Assembly: GCA_964461545.1 (NCBI GenBank)
Contig: CAYWVA010000001.1
Span: 1-43,207, forward strand
Reading direction: 5' to 3'
DNA: 43,207 bases
Origin: an uncultured Rhizobiaceae bacterium
GTDB taxonomy: Bacteria > Pseudomonadota > Alphaproteobacteria > Rhizobiales > Aestuariivirgaceae
In this document: positions 17,194-27,200 of the stretch, piece after piece
How positions within the stretch are numbered: the stretch's first letter is position 1
How the letters are laid out: the number at the start of each line of letters is the position of its first letter
The notes under the pieces: model-generated
Database searches by the model: none
What the model was told of the DNA's origin: nothing
Seen by the model: the letters and a program-made list of their open reading frames with translations, nothing else
Position numbers and translations under genes: made by a program

Positions 17194-18284
17194 CGGAACT
17201 GTCCCTCTCCGTGGGGTAGCAGGAAGGCGTCGCGAGGGTGGAGGCCGAGCTGTACCGGCTCGCCGATCTCGGGCAGCGCCGCCATGGCGTCGCTGCGCGA
17301 GGCGCCACGCACGCTGACCCGGCTGCCGCACGATAACTCGGCATGCAGCACGAAGCTGTCGCCTTGATACACCAGCCCTGCGACCCGTCCCTTCAGCAGG
17401 TTGAGGCGAGCGGAGTTGTCGCCAGCGACGATCTGCAGCCTCTCAGGGCGCAGCATGAGAAGCCAGGCCCCGTCGGTCATAGCCTGTCCTTCCATCAGCT
17501 CGAGCGGCCGCCCGTCGAGCAGGCAGCGCCCGCCATTGACCTCGACCGGCAGGAACACCGACTCGCCGATGAATTCGGCCACGAATCGGTTCGCCGGTTG
17601 CTCATAGATGCGCCGCGGTGTGTCGAGCTGCATAATGCGGCCTTCGTTAATGACCGCGATGCGATCGGACATCGTCAGGGCCTCGCGCTGATCGTGGGTC
17701 ACATAGACTGTTGTCATGCCGAGCAGGTCATGGAGCTGGCGCAGCTCAATCTGCATATGCTCACGCAGCTGCTTGTCGAGCGCCGACAGCGGCTCGTCCA
17801 TCAACAGGATCCGCGGCTCGAAGACGATGGCCCGGGCTAGCGCAACCCGCTGGCGCTGGCCGCCGGAGAGTTCGTCGACGCGGCGCGCACCGAGCCCGGA
17901 CAGCTTGACCGTTTCGAGTGCCGCCACCACCCGTTCGGCGATGTCCGGCCGGGCCACGCCGCGCAGCCGCAGGGGAAAGCCAATGTTTCCGGCGACATCC
18001 ATGTGCGGGAATAGCGCGTAGCTTTGGAATACCATGCCGACATCGCGCTTATGGGGCTGAAGGCGGATCACCTCCCGATCGCCGAACATAACGCTGCCGT
18101 AGTCGGGGCGGGTGAAGCCTGCAAGTACCATCAGGAGCGTAGTTTTGCCAGATCCCGATGGACCCAGGAGAGTCAGGAACTCGCCGCTCCTCACCTCGAG
18201 ATCGACATGGTCGAGGGCGTGGAGCGCGCCATATGTCTTGGTGACCTGGCGAATGGTGATCGGCAGAGACGCGGCGCGGCGCAT
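17190..18284 (-). CDS. ABC transporter ATP-binding protein (PotA/spermidine-putrescine type)
   Basis: Walker A GPSGSGKTT, signature LSGGQRQRVALARA, Walker B ILLMDEPLSALD, and a C-terminal TOBE-like region. Confidence 0.95.
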   Translation of the reverse strand: MRRAASLPITIRQVTKTYGALHALDHVDLEVRSGEFLTLLGPSGSGKTTLLMVLAGFTRPDYGSVMFGDREVIRLQPHKRDVGMVFQSYALFPHMDVAGNIGFPLRLRGVARPDIAERVVAALETVKLSGLGARRVDELSGGQRQRVALARAIVFEPRILLMDEPLSALDKQLREHMQIELRQLHDLLGMTTVYVTHDQREALTMSDRIAVINEGRIMQLDTPRRIYEQPANRFVAEFIGESVFLPVEVNGGRCLLDGRPLELMEGQAMTDGAWLLMLRPERLQIVAGDNSARLNLLKGRVAGLVYQGDSFVLHAELSCGSRVSVRGASRSDAMAALPEIGEPVQLGLHPRDAFLLPHGEGQFR

Positions 18285-18327
18285 TCGCGAACATATCTCC
18301 GAAAACCCGATGCCGGAAGCGGGGAGA

Positions 18328-18354
18328 GGGCAGCGCCGTAGTGCGGCGCTGCCC
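18328..18354 (-). other. Intercistronic GC-rich stem-loop between the binding-protein and ATPase genes
   Basis: Perfect 10-bp stem GGGCAGCGCC / GGCGCTGCCC with a 7-nt loop, in the 102-nt gap inside the ABC operon. No U-tract follows on the transcribed strand. Confidence 0.4.
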
Positions 18355-18386
18355 TTGCAGCCAGGAGCTGCCGGCTGGTCTGGCAG

Positions 18387-19445
18387 TTATTCCGTCAGCA
18401 TGTCCTGGTAGGCTGACGATGCATCTGCTTCGAAATCAATGTACCACTGGAGATTCACAGGAAGCTGCTTGGCTGCATTGTCGGGATGCGAGGGCAGTTT
18501 AAGGGCGTAGTCCTTGTCGATGAGCCCGAGTTCGTAGGTCCTGACGTTGGTCGGCCCGTAAGTAATGTAGTTGGTGAAGTCGGCCTGGTATTCCGGCTTA
18601 GTGATCTCGGCCAGGAACTGCATGGCGAGATCCTTATTCGGGGCCCCCTTCGGGATGGCGTAGCAGTCATAATCCAGCAGCGCCTGATTGAAGGTGTAAC
18701 TCACCGAGGCACCGTCTTTTGCCGCCACGTCGAAGCGGCCATTCCAGCCGGTCACCATGTCGACTTCGCCGTCCTTCATGAGCTGGGCATGCTGGGCGCC
18801 CGATGCCCACCACACGGCGATGTGCGGCCTGAGTTCGCGGATCTTATCGAGGGCGCGCTCGATTCCGCCCGGCGAAGAGAGCACCTCATAGACTTCCTCC
18901 GGCGGCACGCCGTCGGCCATCAGGGCCGGCTCGAGAGCGCCGGCCACCGAGTTACGGTAGGAGCGCTTGCCCGGGAACTTCTCGACGTCCCAGAAGTCGG
19001 CCCAGCTCTGCGGGCCGTTCTCGCCATAGGTGTTCGTATTCCAGGCGAGCACGGTGGAGAATACGTCGCCGCCGACGCAGTAATCTTGCCACAGACCTGA
19101 CTGGAACGTGGACACGTCGATGACCGAGTAGTCAAGCGGCTCGAGAATTCCCTCTGCCCCGGCCCGTGCCGCACTGCCTGACCCGCTAGCCACCACATCC
19201 CAGGTGACGGCACCGGCGCGCACCTGCAGGCGCAGGTCAGCGATGCCGCTATAGGTCTCCTCGCGCACTGTGATGCCCATCGCCTTGGCGGCGGGCTGGA
19301 ACAATGCCTTGCTCTGGGCCTCCTGATAGGCGCCTCCAAACGACACAGCCGTCAGCTCATTGGCCGCGGCCGGCGTCACGGACGCGTTCCCGGCATGCAA
19401 CAGCAGGGCAGCGGCAGCGGAGCACAACAGAAATCTCTTAAGCAT
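18387..19445 (-). CDS. ABC transporter periplasmic substrate-binding protein (PotD/PotF-like)
   Basis: Signal peptide MLKRFLLCSAAAALLLHAGNA. 352 aa, with a typical family-1 solute-binding layout. It is the first gene of the ABC operon. Confidence 0.9.
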   Translation of the reverse strand: MLKRFLLCSAAAALLLHAGNASVTPAAANELTAVSFGGAYQEAQSKALFQPAAKAMGITVREETYSGIADLRLQVRAGAVTWDVVASGSGSAARAGAEGILEPLDYSVIDVSTFQSGLWQDYCVGGDVFSTVLAWNTNTYGENGPQSWADFWDVEKFPGKRSYRNSVAGALEPALMADGVPPEEVYEVLSSPGGIERALDKIRELRPHIAVWWASGAQHAQLMKDGEVDMVTGWNGRFDVAAKDGASVSYTFNQALLDYDCYAIPKGAPNKDLAMQFLAEITKPEYQADFTNYITYGPTNVRTYELGLIDKDYALKLPSHPDNAAKQLPVNLQWYIDFEADASSAYQDMLTE

Positions 19446-19528
19446 GGCTTCCTCCTATTTCTTGGTGGCAGCGAGGGTAATGGACAGGCCCACTCACCAC
19501 ACAGCCTTGTGCAAAGTTGGTCGGCGGC

Positions 19529-19564
19529 ATAGGGCCACTCTGAAAAGACGGTCAGACCACTTGT
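19529..19564. promoter_or_regulatory. Operator-like box B (AGGGCCACTC-N10-GTCAGACCA), upstream of the ABC operon
   Basis: Lies 84-119 nt upstream of the binding-protein ATG. It aligns with box A at 20738-20774 with identical spacing and contains the palindrome GGTC-A-GACC. Confidence 0.5.
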
Positions 19565-19572
19565 CGCAGGGG

Positions 19573-20676
19573 CTAATCGAGTTGGCTGCTGCTGTAGCGT
19601 GATTTCGCAAGCCACTCGGGCTCGATCTCAACCCCCCAGCCAGGACCGTCGGGGATCCGCACGGTGCCGTCCTCCACGGCATAGGGTGGGTTGCGGAACA
19701 GGCCTTCCTGCCAAGGATAGTAGTCGGGCCCCTCGATCGACAGCTCAAGATAAGGACCGGCATTGGGGGCGGCGGTGAGGAAGTGCATGGTGAACAGTGT
19801 GACCATCGACAGATTGGCGCTGTGAGGCGTGCAAGGGAGTCCGGCGGCGGCAGCCATACGGGCCACCAGCAGTGTTCGGGCAAGACCTCCGACGTAGCAG
19901 ACATCGGGCTGTGCGATGTCGACCGCCCGCAGCTCGATCATCCGCCGCCAAATCGCCAGCGAGCAATCCTGCTCGCCGCCGGCGACATCGACGTTAAGCG
20001 CCTCGGCCACCTGCCGCGTCTGCTCAAGCTCCCAGTACGGGCAGGGCTCCTCATAATGACAAATGCCGAAGTCTTCCAGCATTCGTCCCACTTCGATTGC
20101 CCGCTCAGGCGAGAAGCCACCATTGGCATCTACCAGGAGGGTGATGTCGTCACCGAGCGCCTTTCGCATTACCGGAACGATCGCCTCGGTGCGACCCGGC
20201 CACTCATCAATGTCCTGGCCGCATTCGGCACCGATCCGGAACTTGAAGGCATCGAAGCCCTTGACATCTCGCAGCCGAACCAGTCGCTCGGCCTCCTCCT
20301 TTGGCGTGATATCCCGCTTCATCGACGAGGCATAGGCACGCAGCCGGCGCCGGCTACCGCCGATCAGCTCGCACACGCTCTTGTCTTCGAGCTTGCCGCG
20401 GAGGTCCCACAGAGCCGTGTCGAGCCCCGCCATGGCGCGGCGCAGATAGGTACCGGGAAACTTGTGTTCGCGGCGCGGGATCAGATCCATGAGGCCTTCA
20501 ATGTCGAACACGCTACAGCCCAGCGACCAGGGCGCGACCTGTCGATGCAACACCTGCGCGGTGATGTCGGCATTGTAGGTCGAAAGCTGTCCCCAGCCTT
20601 GCATGCCGTTGTCGGCAGTCACGCGGACGAAACCGACGTAAGTGTCGCAGAAGCTTTCGATTGCCTTGATCTTCAT
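19573..20676 (-). CDS. Enolase-superfamily enzyme (mandelate racemase/muconate lactonizing family), substrate unknown
   Basis: MKIKAIE...GWGQ N-terminal capping domain. Putative metal ligands are in LLVDANGG, ICHYEEP and VAGGEQD. Candidate acid/base residues are in FKFRIG, DIAQPD and TPHS. The start was set at ATG 20676. Confidence 0.85.
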   Translation of the reverse strand: MKIKAIESFCDTYVGFVRVTADNGMQGWGQLSTYNADITAQVLHRQVAPWSLGCSVFDIEGLMDLIPRREHKFPGTYLRRAMAGLDTALWDLRGKLEDKSVCELIGGSRRRLRAYASSMKRDITPKEEAERLVRLRDVKGFDAFKFRIGAECGQDIDEWPGRTEAIVPVMRKALGDDITLLVDANGGFSPERAIEVGRMLEDFGICHYEEPCPYWELEQTRQVAEALNVDVAGGEQDCSLAIWRRMIELRAVDIAQPDVCYVGGLARTLLVARMAAAAGLPCTPHSANLSMVTLFTMHFLTAAPNAGPYLELSIEGPDYYPWQEGLFRNPPYAVEDGTVRIPDGPGWGVEIEPEWLAKSRYSSSQLD

Positions 20677-20737
20677 GATGACCTGCGCTTGCGCGATCCG
20701 GGCTGACGCGCGATGGTTGATCGCGATTGGGCGGGAG

Positions 20738-20774
20738 ATAAGGTCCACTCCCGACAGATCGTCAGACCAATTTG
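20738..20774. promoter_or_regulatory. Operator-like box A (AGGTCCACTC-N10-GTCAGACCA) in the divergent enolase/MocR promoter region
   Basis: Lies 62-98 nt upstream of the enolase-family ATG and 46-82 nt upstream of the MocR ATG. Same orientation and spacing as box B. Confidence 0.5.
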
Positions 20775-20819
20775 CCCCGGCCGGCACGGTCCTGCCGGAG
20801 GAGCTGCGAGGAGACAGCC

Positions 20820-22346
20820 ATGGTCAAGCGACCGGGGGGCGCATTGCTGCTGGGGATTGACATCGACCATCGCTCGGGCAGGCCGATCGGCACCCAGCTC
20901 TACGCCGCCTTGCGGGAGTTGATGCTATCGGGAGCGCTGAATGCCGGCGATCGCCTGCCCGCCACCCGCACGCTGGCGCGCGAGTTGCGGCTATCGCGGA
21001 CGACGGTCATTGACGCCTTCGAGCGGCTGATCGCCGAGGGCCTGGTGGAAACACGGGTTGGCTCGGGCACTTTTGTCAGCGATGCCTTCAACGCCGATCG
21101 GCCCTCCCAGCAGCCTTATCGGGGCCGCATCGATCCCACACGGGGCAAGCCGCGCCTTTCACGCGCCATGGGGTTTGCGCTCGACCGATTCAGCGTGCGC
21201 CAGCGACTGCCGCATTCGGCCTGCCCATTCGTAACCGCCCTGCCGGCGTTCGACGCCTTTCCGATGGCGCAATGGGCGCGTCTGTCCGCCAAGCACTGGC
21301 GGAATGGTCGCAGCGAGGTCATGGGCTACGGCGAGCCCGGCGGTTATCTGCCGCTGCGCCGAGCCGTTGCCACGCATCTGCGCCTCAATCGCGGCGTGGC
21401 CTGCGAAACCGAGCAAATCTTCATTACCGTTGGGGCCCAGCAGGCATTCCATCTCGTCGGCAGTCTGCTGCTCGATCCTGGCGATAAGGTATGGTTCGAA
21501 AATCCGGGGGCCATCGGGGCCCGCAACAGCCTGATCGCCTGCGGCGCCGATCTCATCCCGGTGTCAGTTGACCGGGAAGGTCTCCGGGTCGATGAGGGAT
21601 TGCGACAGAGCCCCGACTTCCGATTGGCCTTCGTGACACCGTCGCATCAGCAGCCGCTCGGCCACGTTATGAGCCTGGAGCGTCGCTTCGCCATCCTGCA
21701 CGCCGCCGAGCAGGCAGGCGCTTGGATCATCGAAGACGATTACGACGGTGAGTTCTTCTTCGGCCGGCGCCCACTGCCGACGCTGAAAAGCGTCGACCAC
21801 ACCGGCCTTGTCATCTACGTCGGGACGTTCAGCAAATCGCTATTTCCAGCGCTGCGGCTGGGCTTCATGCTGGTGCCGGCGGCGTTGGTGGACAGTTTCG
21901 AGCGGGTCTCGTCGTCCTTCGTCCACGGGGTACCGTCCAGCCTGCAGGCGATGGTGGCCGAGTTCATCGAGGAAGGTCATTTCGCCACCCACATAAGGCG
22001 CATGCGCCGCACCTATGGCGAGCGTCATGCAGCCTTGCTGGAGGCGGCGAGTCGCGAGCTTGGGGACCTACTTGATGTCGTTGCCGCCGACAGCGGACTG
22101 CACACCATTGCCCATCTCGCTCCTTGCCTCGACGAGGCCGCTGTGGCGGCCGCAGCCGAGAGGGGAGGCATCATCGTAGCACCGATCCGGCGCTATTCCA
22201 TCGCTCCCACCGGACTTAACGGATTGGTCCTCGGTTTTGCAGGTTGCGCGCCGCCGCAGATTCGCAAGGGGATCACGACGCTCGCCCAGGTGCTGGAGGA
22301 GATTGCCACCGGCCGCACGACGGCGGCTATCTCTGGCGTGGTATGA
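20820..22346 (+). CDS. MocR/GabR-type transcriptional regulator (GntR wHTH fused to an aminotransferase-fold PLP domain)
   Basis: wHTH LPATRTLARELRLSRTTVIDAFERLIAEGLVETRVGSGTFV, and an aminotransferase domain with the PLP-lysine motif YVGTFSKSLFPALRLGF. The start was set at ATG 20820. Confidence 0.9.
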   Translation: MVKRPGGALLLGIDIDHRSGRPIGTQLYAALRELMLSGALNAGDRLPATRTLARELRLSRTTVIDAFERLIAEGLVETRVGSGTFVSDAFNADRPSQQPYRGRIDPTRGKPRLSRAMGFALDRFSVRQRLPHSACPFVTALPAFDAFPMAQWARLSAKHWRNGRSEVMGYGEPGGYLPLRRAVATHLRLNRGVACETEQIFITVGAQQAFHLVGSLLLDPGDKVWFENPGAIGARNSLIACGADLIPVSVDREGLRVDEGLRQSPDFRLAFVTPSHQQPLGHVMSLERRFAILHAAEQAGAWIIEDDYDGEFFFGRRPLPTLKSVDHTGLVIYVGTFSKSLFPALRLGFMLVPAALVDSFERVSSSFVHGVPSSLQAMVAEFIEEGHFATHIRRMRRTYGERHAALLEAASRELGDLLDVVAADSGLHTIAHLAPCLDEAAVAAAAERGGIIVAPIRRYSIAPTGLNGLVLGFAGCAPPQIRKGITTLAQVLEEIATGRTTAAISGVV

Positions 22347-22402
22347 CGAAATCTCCACATTGGACCTCGCCAGCCGACCGATCTCCAGCATACCGTGCCA
22401 GC

Positions 22403-24031
22403 ATGGAATTCGACTACATCATCGTCGGCGCCGGTTCGGCCGGTTGCGTACTCGCCAACCGGCTAAGCGAGAGCGGGCGCAACCGCGTCCTGCTGCTCGA
22501 GGCGGGTGGCGGCGACCGCCGCTTCTGGCTGCGCGCGCCGATCGGCTATGGCAAGTGCTTTTACGACGCCCGCGTCAACTGGATGTATCGCACCGAGCCA
22601 GACCCCGGTCTGGCAGGTCGGCAAGGCTACTGGCCGCGAGGCAAGGTGATCGGAGGATCGAGCGCCATTAATGCCATGGTGTTCATCCGTGGCCTGCCTG
22701 ATGATTTCGAACACTGGCGTGCGCTCGGCAATCCGGGCTGGGGCTGGGACGACGCGCTGCCCGTCTTTCGCCGGTTGGAGGACTATAGCGGCGGGGCCAA
22801 CCCATGGCGTGGCCAGGGCGGGCCGGTTTCGGTGGCTGATGTATCCGAAGATGTGCATCCGTTGTGCGAAGTCTTTCTGCAAGCCGGTGAGGAAGCTGGC
22901 CTGTCGCGCACCCGCGATTTCAATGGCGAACGCCAGGAGGGCGTCGGGATCTATCAGATCACTACGTCGCGCGGGCTTCGGGTCTCGGCTGCCCGCGCCT
23001 ATCTCCATCCGGCCATGCGGCGATCGAACCTGCATGTGCTCACTGATGCGGCAGTGGCCCAGATCCTGCTCGACGGCGGCCGCGCCACCGGGGTGTCGTT
23101 CCGGTTCAAGGGCAAGGAGGAAACGGCAACTGCGCGACGCGAGGTGATCGTGGCGGCCGGCGCCATCGCCTCACCGCAGCTGTTGCAGCTGTCGGGCATC
23201 GGTCCGCCGGAGGTGCTGCAACGGGCCGGCATCACGGTGGCTGTGGCGAGCCCGGCGGTCGGTCGCCATCTTCAGGATCACCTGTGCATCGACCATCTCT
23301 ACCGCGCGCGCGTGTCGACCCTGAACAGCGAACTCGGTACCTGGTGGGGCCGGCTGCGCTGCGGCATGGCCTATCTTCTGACCCGGCGCGGGCCGCTCAG
23401 CCTCAGCGTCAATCAGGCGGGGGGATTTGTCCGCTCCGCGTCGGGCCGTGTTCGCCCCAACTTGCAGCTCTATTTCTCGCCGCTCAGCTATACCCGCGCG
23501 CCGCCGGGAAAGCGGCCACTCCTCAAGCCTGATCCATTTCCCGGGTTTCTGCTGTCGGCCCAGCCCTGCCGGCCGACGAGCCGCGGATGGCTGGAGCTTC
23601 GATCGAACAACAGCGGCGACCACCCCCGCATCTTTCCCAACTCGCTGTCGAGCGACGTGGACATCGAAGAGATGCTGGAGGCCTCGCGGTTCTTGCGCCG
23701 GCTGGCAGCCACGCCGGCGCTGTCCTCCGTCATTGCCGAGGAGCTGAAGCCCGGCAGCCATGTCCAATCGGACGAAGAGATGCTCGACGACATCCGCCGG
23801 CGCTCGTCCACCGTGTTTCATCCGGTGGGGACCTGCCGCATGGGTCCGGCTCCGGGGGATGCTGTCGTCGACTGTAAGCTCAAGGTCTACGGCGTTTCCG
23901 GCCTGCGGGTGATCGACGCCTCGGTATTTCCGGCCCTGACGTCCGGCAATACCCATGCCCCGACGCTGATGGTGGCGGAGAAGGGCGCCGAACTGATATT
24001 GCGGGATGCCAAGGAGGGCGTGAATGGCTGA
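22403..24031 (+). CDS. GMC-family FAD oxidoreductase (choline/alcohol-dehydrogenase-like)
   Basis: MEFDYIIVGAGSAGCVLANRLSE (Rossmann GxGxxG), GGSSAINAM, and C-terminal HPVGTCRMG...GLRVIDASVFP. An alternative start at ATG 22343 overlaps the MocR stop (ATGA). Confidence 0.9.
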   Translation: MEFDYIIVGAGSAGCVLANRLSESGRNRVLLLEAGGGDRRFWLRAPIGYGKCFYDARVNWMYRTEPDPGLAGRQGYWPRGKVIGGSSAINAMVFIRGLPDDFEHWRALGNPGWGWDDALPVFRRLEDYSGGANPWRGQGGPVSVADVSEDVHPLCEVFLQAGEEAGLSRTRDFNGERQEGVGIYQITTSRGLRVSAARAYLHPAMRRSNLHVLTDAAVAQILLDGGRATGVSFRFKGKEETATARREVIVAAGAIASPQLLQLSGIGPPEVLQRAGITVAVASPAVGRHLQDHLCIDHLYRARVSTLNSELGTWWGRLRCGMAYLLTRRGPLSLSVNQAGGFVRSASGRVRPNLQLYFSPLSYTRAPPGKRPLLKPDPFPGFLLSAQPCRPTSRGWLELRSNNSGDHPRIFPNSLSSDVDIEEMLEASRFLRRLAATPALSSVIAEELKPGSHVQSDEEMLDDIRRRSSTVFHPVGTCRMGPAPGDAVVDCKLKVYGVSGLRVIDASVFPALTSGNTHAPTLMVAEKGAELILRDAKEGVNG

Positions 24032-24060
24032 GCAGGTGCTAGCCGAGGACTGCCGGTTCG

Positions 24061-24084
24061 CCCCTCTGCTATTCAAAAGAGGGG
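24061..24084. terminator. Weak stem-loop between the convergent GMC and dnaE2 genes
   Basis: CCCCTCT-gctattcaaa-AGAGGGG, a 7-bp stem 30 nt after the GMC stop. There is no flanking U-tract, so terminator function is uncertain. Confidence 0.25.
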
Positions 24085-24297
24085 TACCGATCGATCACGC
24101 TGGCGCTTCGGCTCCGGCTTGCTAGTGGGCTCCTGGTTCCAGGCGCGCAGCATGGCTGCCTTGGCGCCGCAGTCCACCGAGGGTACATGTGCGAAACAGG
24201 TCAGGGTACATGCGGTCGACAAGAGCGGCCTGTTCCGGGGCCTCACCAGCCTTCGCTACCATGACGCAAGGGCTTGGGAAAGCGGCGGCATCGCAGA

Positions 24298-27200
24298 TCA
24301 ACGAAAATCGCGGGTCTTGGGCATGATGCGCACCTGCCGGGGATGGCGGGCCGGGGGCTCGCGGGCGTCATGACCGGGGCGCGCGATGTGATCGGCGCGC
24401 GCCAGCGGGGGTGACAGAAGCTGGCGATCCTCCATCAGGCGCAACAGCCAATCGGTGCGGTCTTCCAGGGTGTCAGCAACCACATGAATGATGTCTTCGC
24501 TCCGCTGCAGCCGGCCCTTCACCAGCAAAAGACGCGCACCCATGACTGCGGCGCGGAAGCGCTCGAGCACTTGCGGCCACACTACGATGTTGGCGACCGC
24601 GAACTCGTCTTCGAGCGTGATAAACACCACCCCGCTCGAACCTGGGCGCTGGCGCACCAGCACCACGCCGGCGACGGTGATCCGCCGGCCATCCTTGCCG
24701 GCCTTGAGAGCCAGGTTGTCGGTGACCCGGTGCGACCGGCAGATGTCGCGCAGGAACTCCATGGGATGGCCTTTGAGCGACAGCTTCAGGGTCTGATAAT
24801 CGTTCACGACCTCTTCCGATGCCGGCATCGGGGGCAGTGCGACCGGTGCATCAACACCCTGATCGCGAACCTGCGCGTAGGCAAACAGCGGCAGGTCTTG
24901 CGCCTTGCTCAGCGCCTTGGCCTGCCACAGGGCCTGACGACGGCTCAGATTGAGCGAGCCGAACGCATCTGCCCCCGCCAGCTTCTCCATCGCCGCCACC
25001 GCCACGCCGGCCCGGCGCTGCAGGTCGGCGAGGGAGGTGTAACGCCTCTCCCCCTCGTCCCCCTCCCCCTTTTGGAGTCTCTCTCTCCCCCCGCTGGCGG
25101 GGGAAGAGGATAGAGTGAGGGGGGTGGAGGGGCTGGCAAGGTGGTTCGTATCCCTGGCGCCTGAGCCCCTCACCCGATTACGCGCTGCCACGATCGCCTG
25201 GCCTTCCGCCTCGGCAAGCCCTTTGACTTCGCGCAGGCCCAGGCGCACGGCGGGGGCCGCTTTATCGTTCCCCTCCTCCTTGTGGGGAGGGGTCAGGGGA
25301 GGGGGCGCGGGCGCCTCCAGCATCGCATTCCAGTGCGAGACGTTGATGTCCGGGGAGCGCACCTCGACGCCGTGCTCGCGGGCGTCGCGCACAATCTGGG
25401 CGGAGGCATAAAAGCCCATGGGCTGGGCGTTTAGCAGCGCGGCGGCAAACACCGCCGGGAAATGACACTTGAGCCATGCCGAGACATAAACCAGATGGGC
25501 AAAGCTCGCGGCATGGCTTTCGGGGAAGCCATATTCGCCAAACCCCTTGATCTGATCGAAGCAGCGCTGGGCGAATTCCTCCTCGTAGCCGCGCTCGACC
25601 ATGCGTCTTACCATCTTGTCCTCAAGCCGGCCGATGGTGCCGCGCCGCCGAAACGTCGCCATCGCCTTCCTCAGCTCATTGATCTCGCCCGGCGCGAACT
25701 CGGCCGCCACCATGGCAAGCCGCATCGCTTGCTCTTGGAACAGCGGCACGCCCTTGGTCTTGCCGAGCACGGTCTTCAATTCGTCGGGCGGCCCGAAGGC
25801 CGGGTTGGGTGCGGGGTAGTCCTCGGCCTCCAGCCCCTGGCGGCGGCGCAGATACGGATGCACCATGTCGCCCTGGATGGGGCCGGGACGCACGATCGCC
25901 ACCTCGATCACCAGGTCGTAGAAGCATCGGGGCTTGAGCCGCGGCAGCATGTTCATCTGGGCCCGGCTCTCAACCTGGAAGACGCCGACCGAATCGGCCT
26001 TGCACAGCATGTCGTAGACGCCTCGATCCTCGCGCGGCACGGTGGCGAGCGAATATTTCACGCCATACCACCCCTCGATCAGCTCGAAGCTTTTCCGGAT
26101 GCAGGTGAGCATGCCCAGCCCCAGCACATCCACTTTCAAGATGCCGAGCGCGTCGATATCGTCCTTGTCCCACTCGATCACCGTGCGGGCTTCCATGGCG
26201 GCGTTGCCGATCGGCACGGTCTCATCGAGCCGGCCTTTGGTCAGGACGAAACCGCCGACATGCTGGGACAGATGGCGCGGGAAGCCGGTGATCTCGTCGG
26301 CGAACTCGAGCACCCGGGCGAGCAGCGGATCGGCTGCATCGAGGCCGACCTCCTTCAGACGCTGTGGCGTCATTTCCTCGTTCATGCGGCCCCACACGAT
26401 GCCGGCGAGCGCGGCCGTCACGTCCTCCGACAGGCCCATGGCCTTGCCGACATCGCGCACCGCCGAGCGGCCGCGATAGGTGATCACCGTGGCCGCCAGG
26501 CCGGCGCGCTCGCGGCCGTAGCGCTCATAGATGTACTGGATGACCTCCTCGCGCCGCTCGTGCTCGAAATCGACATCGATGTCGGGCGGCTCCTTGCGCT
26601 CCTCGGAGACGAAGCGCTCGAACAGGAGGTCGATCTGGACGGGATCGACCGCGGTGATGCCGAGGCAGTAGCACACCGCGGAGTTGGCCGCCGAGCCGCG
26701 GCCCTGGCACAGGATCGGGGTGTCGCGCGAACGCGCAAAGCGCACGATGTCGTGGACGGTGAGGAAATAGGGGGCATAGCCGAGCTTTTCGATGAGCTTG
26801 AGTTCCCGCGTCACCGCGGTCCGGACCTTGTCGGGCAGCCCTTGGCCGTAGCATTCGCCAGCGCCCTGCCAGGTCAGCGCCTCAAGGTGGCCTTGGGCGC
26901 TGGTGCCCGCCGGCACCGGCTCCTCCGGATATTCGTATTTGAGCTCATCGAGCGAAAAGCGGCAGGCCTCGGCGATCTCCACGGTACGTTCCACCGCCGC
27001 CTCATGGCCGCGGAAGAGGCGGGCCATCTCGGATGCCGGCTTCAGATGGCGCTCGGCATTGGCCTCGAGCCGAAAGCCCGCTTGCGAAATCGTGCAGGTG
27101 TTGCGGATGCAGGTGACGACGTCGTGCAGCGGCTTGCGGTCGGGGTGATGGAAGAGCACGGCATTGGTGGCGATGAGCGGCGCCGAATAGCGCACCGCCA

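Noticed and set aside
24119-24373. 84-aa + strand ORF in or overlapping the GMC/dnaE2 spacer
   Set aside because: Its 3' part is antisense to the conserved DnaE2 C-terminus (HPRQVRIMPKTRDFR). It has no RBS or recognisable motif. The other frames of the 266-bp spacer also gave nothing convincing.
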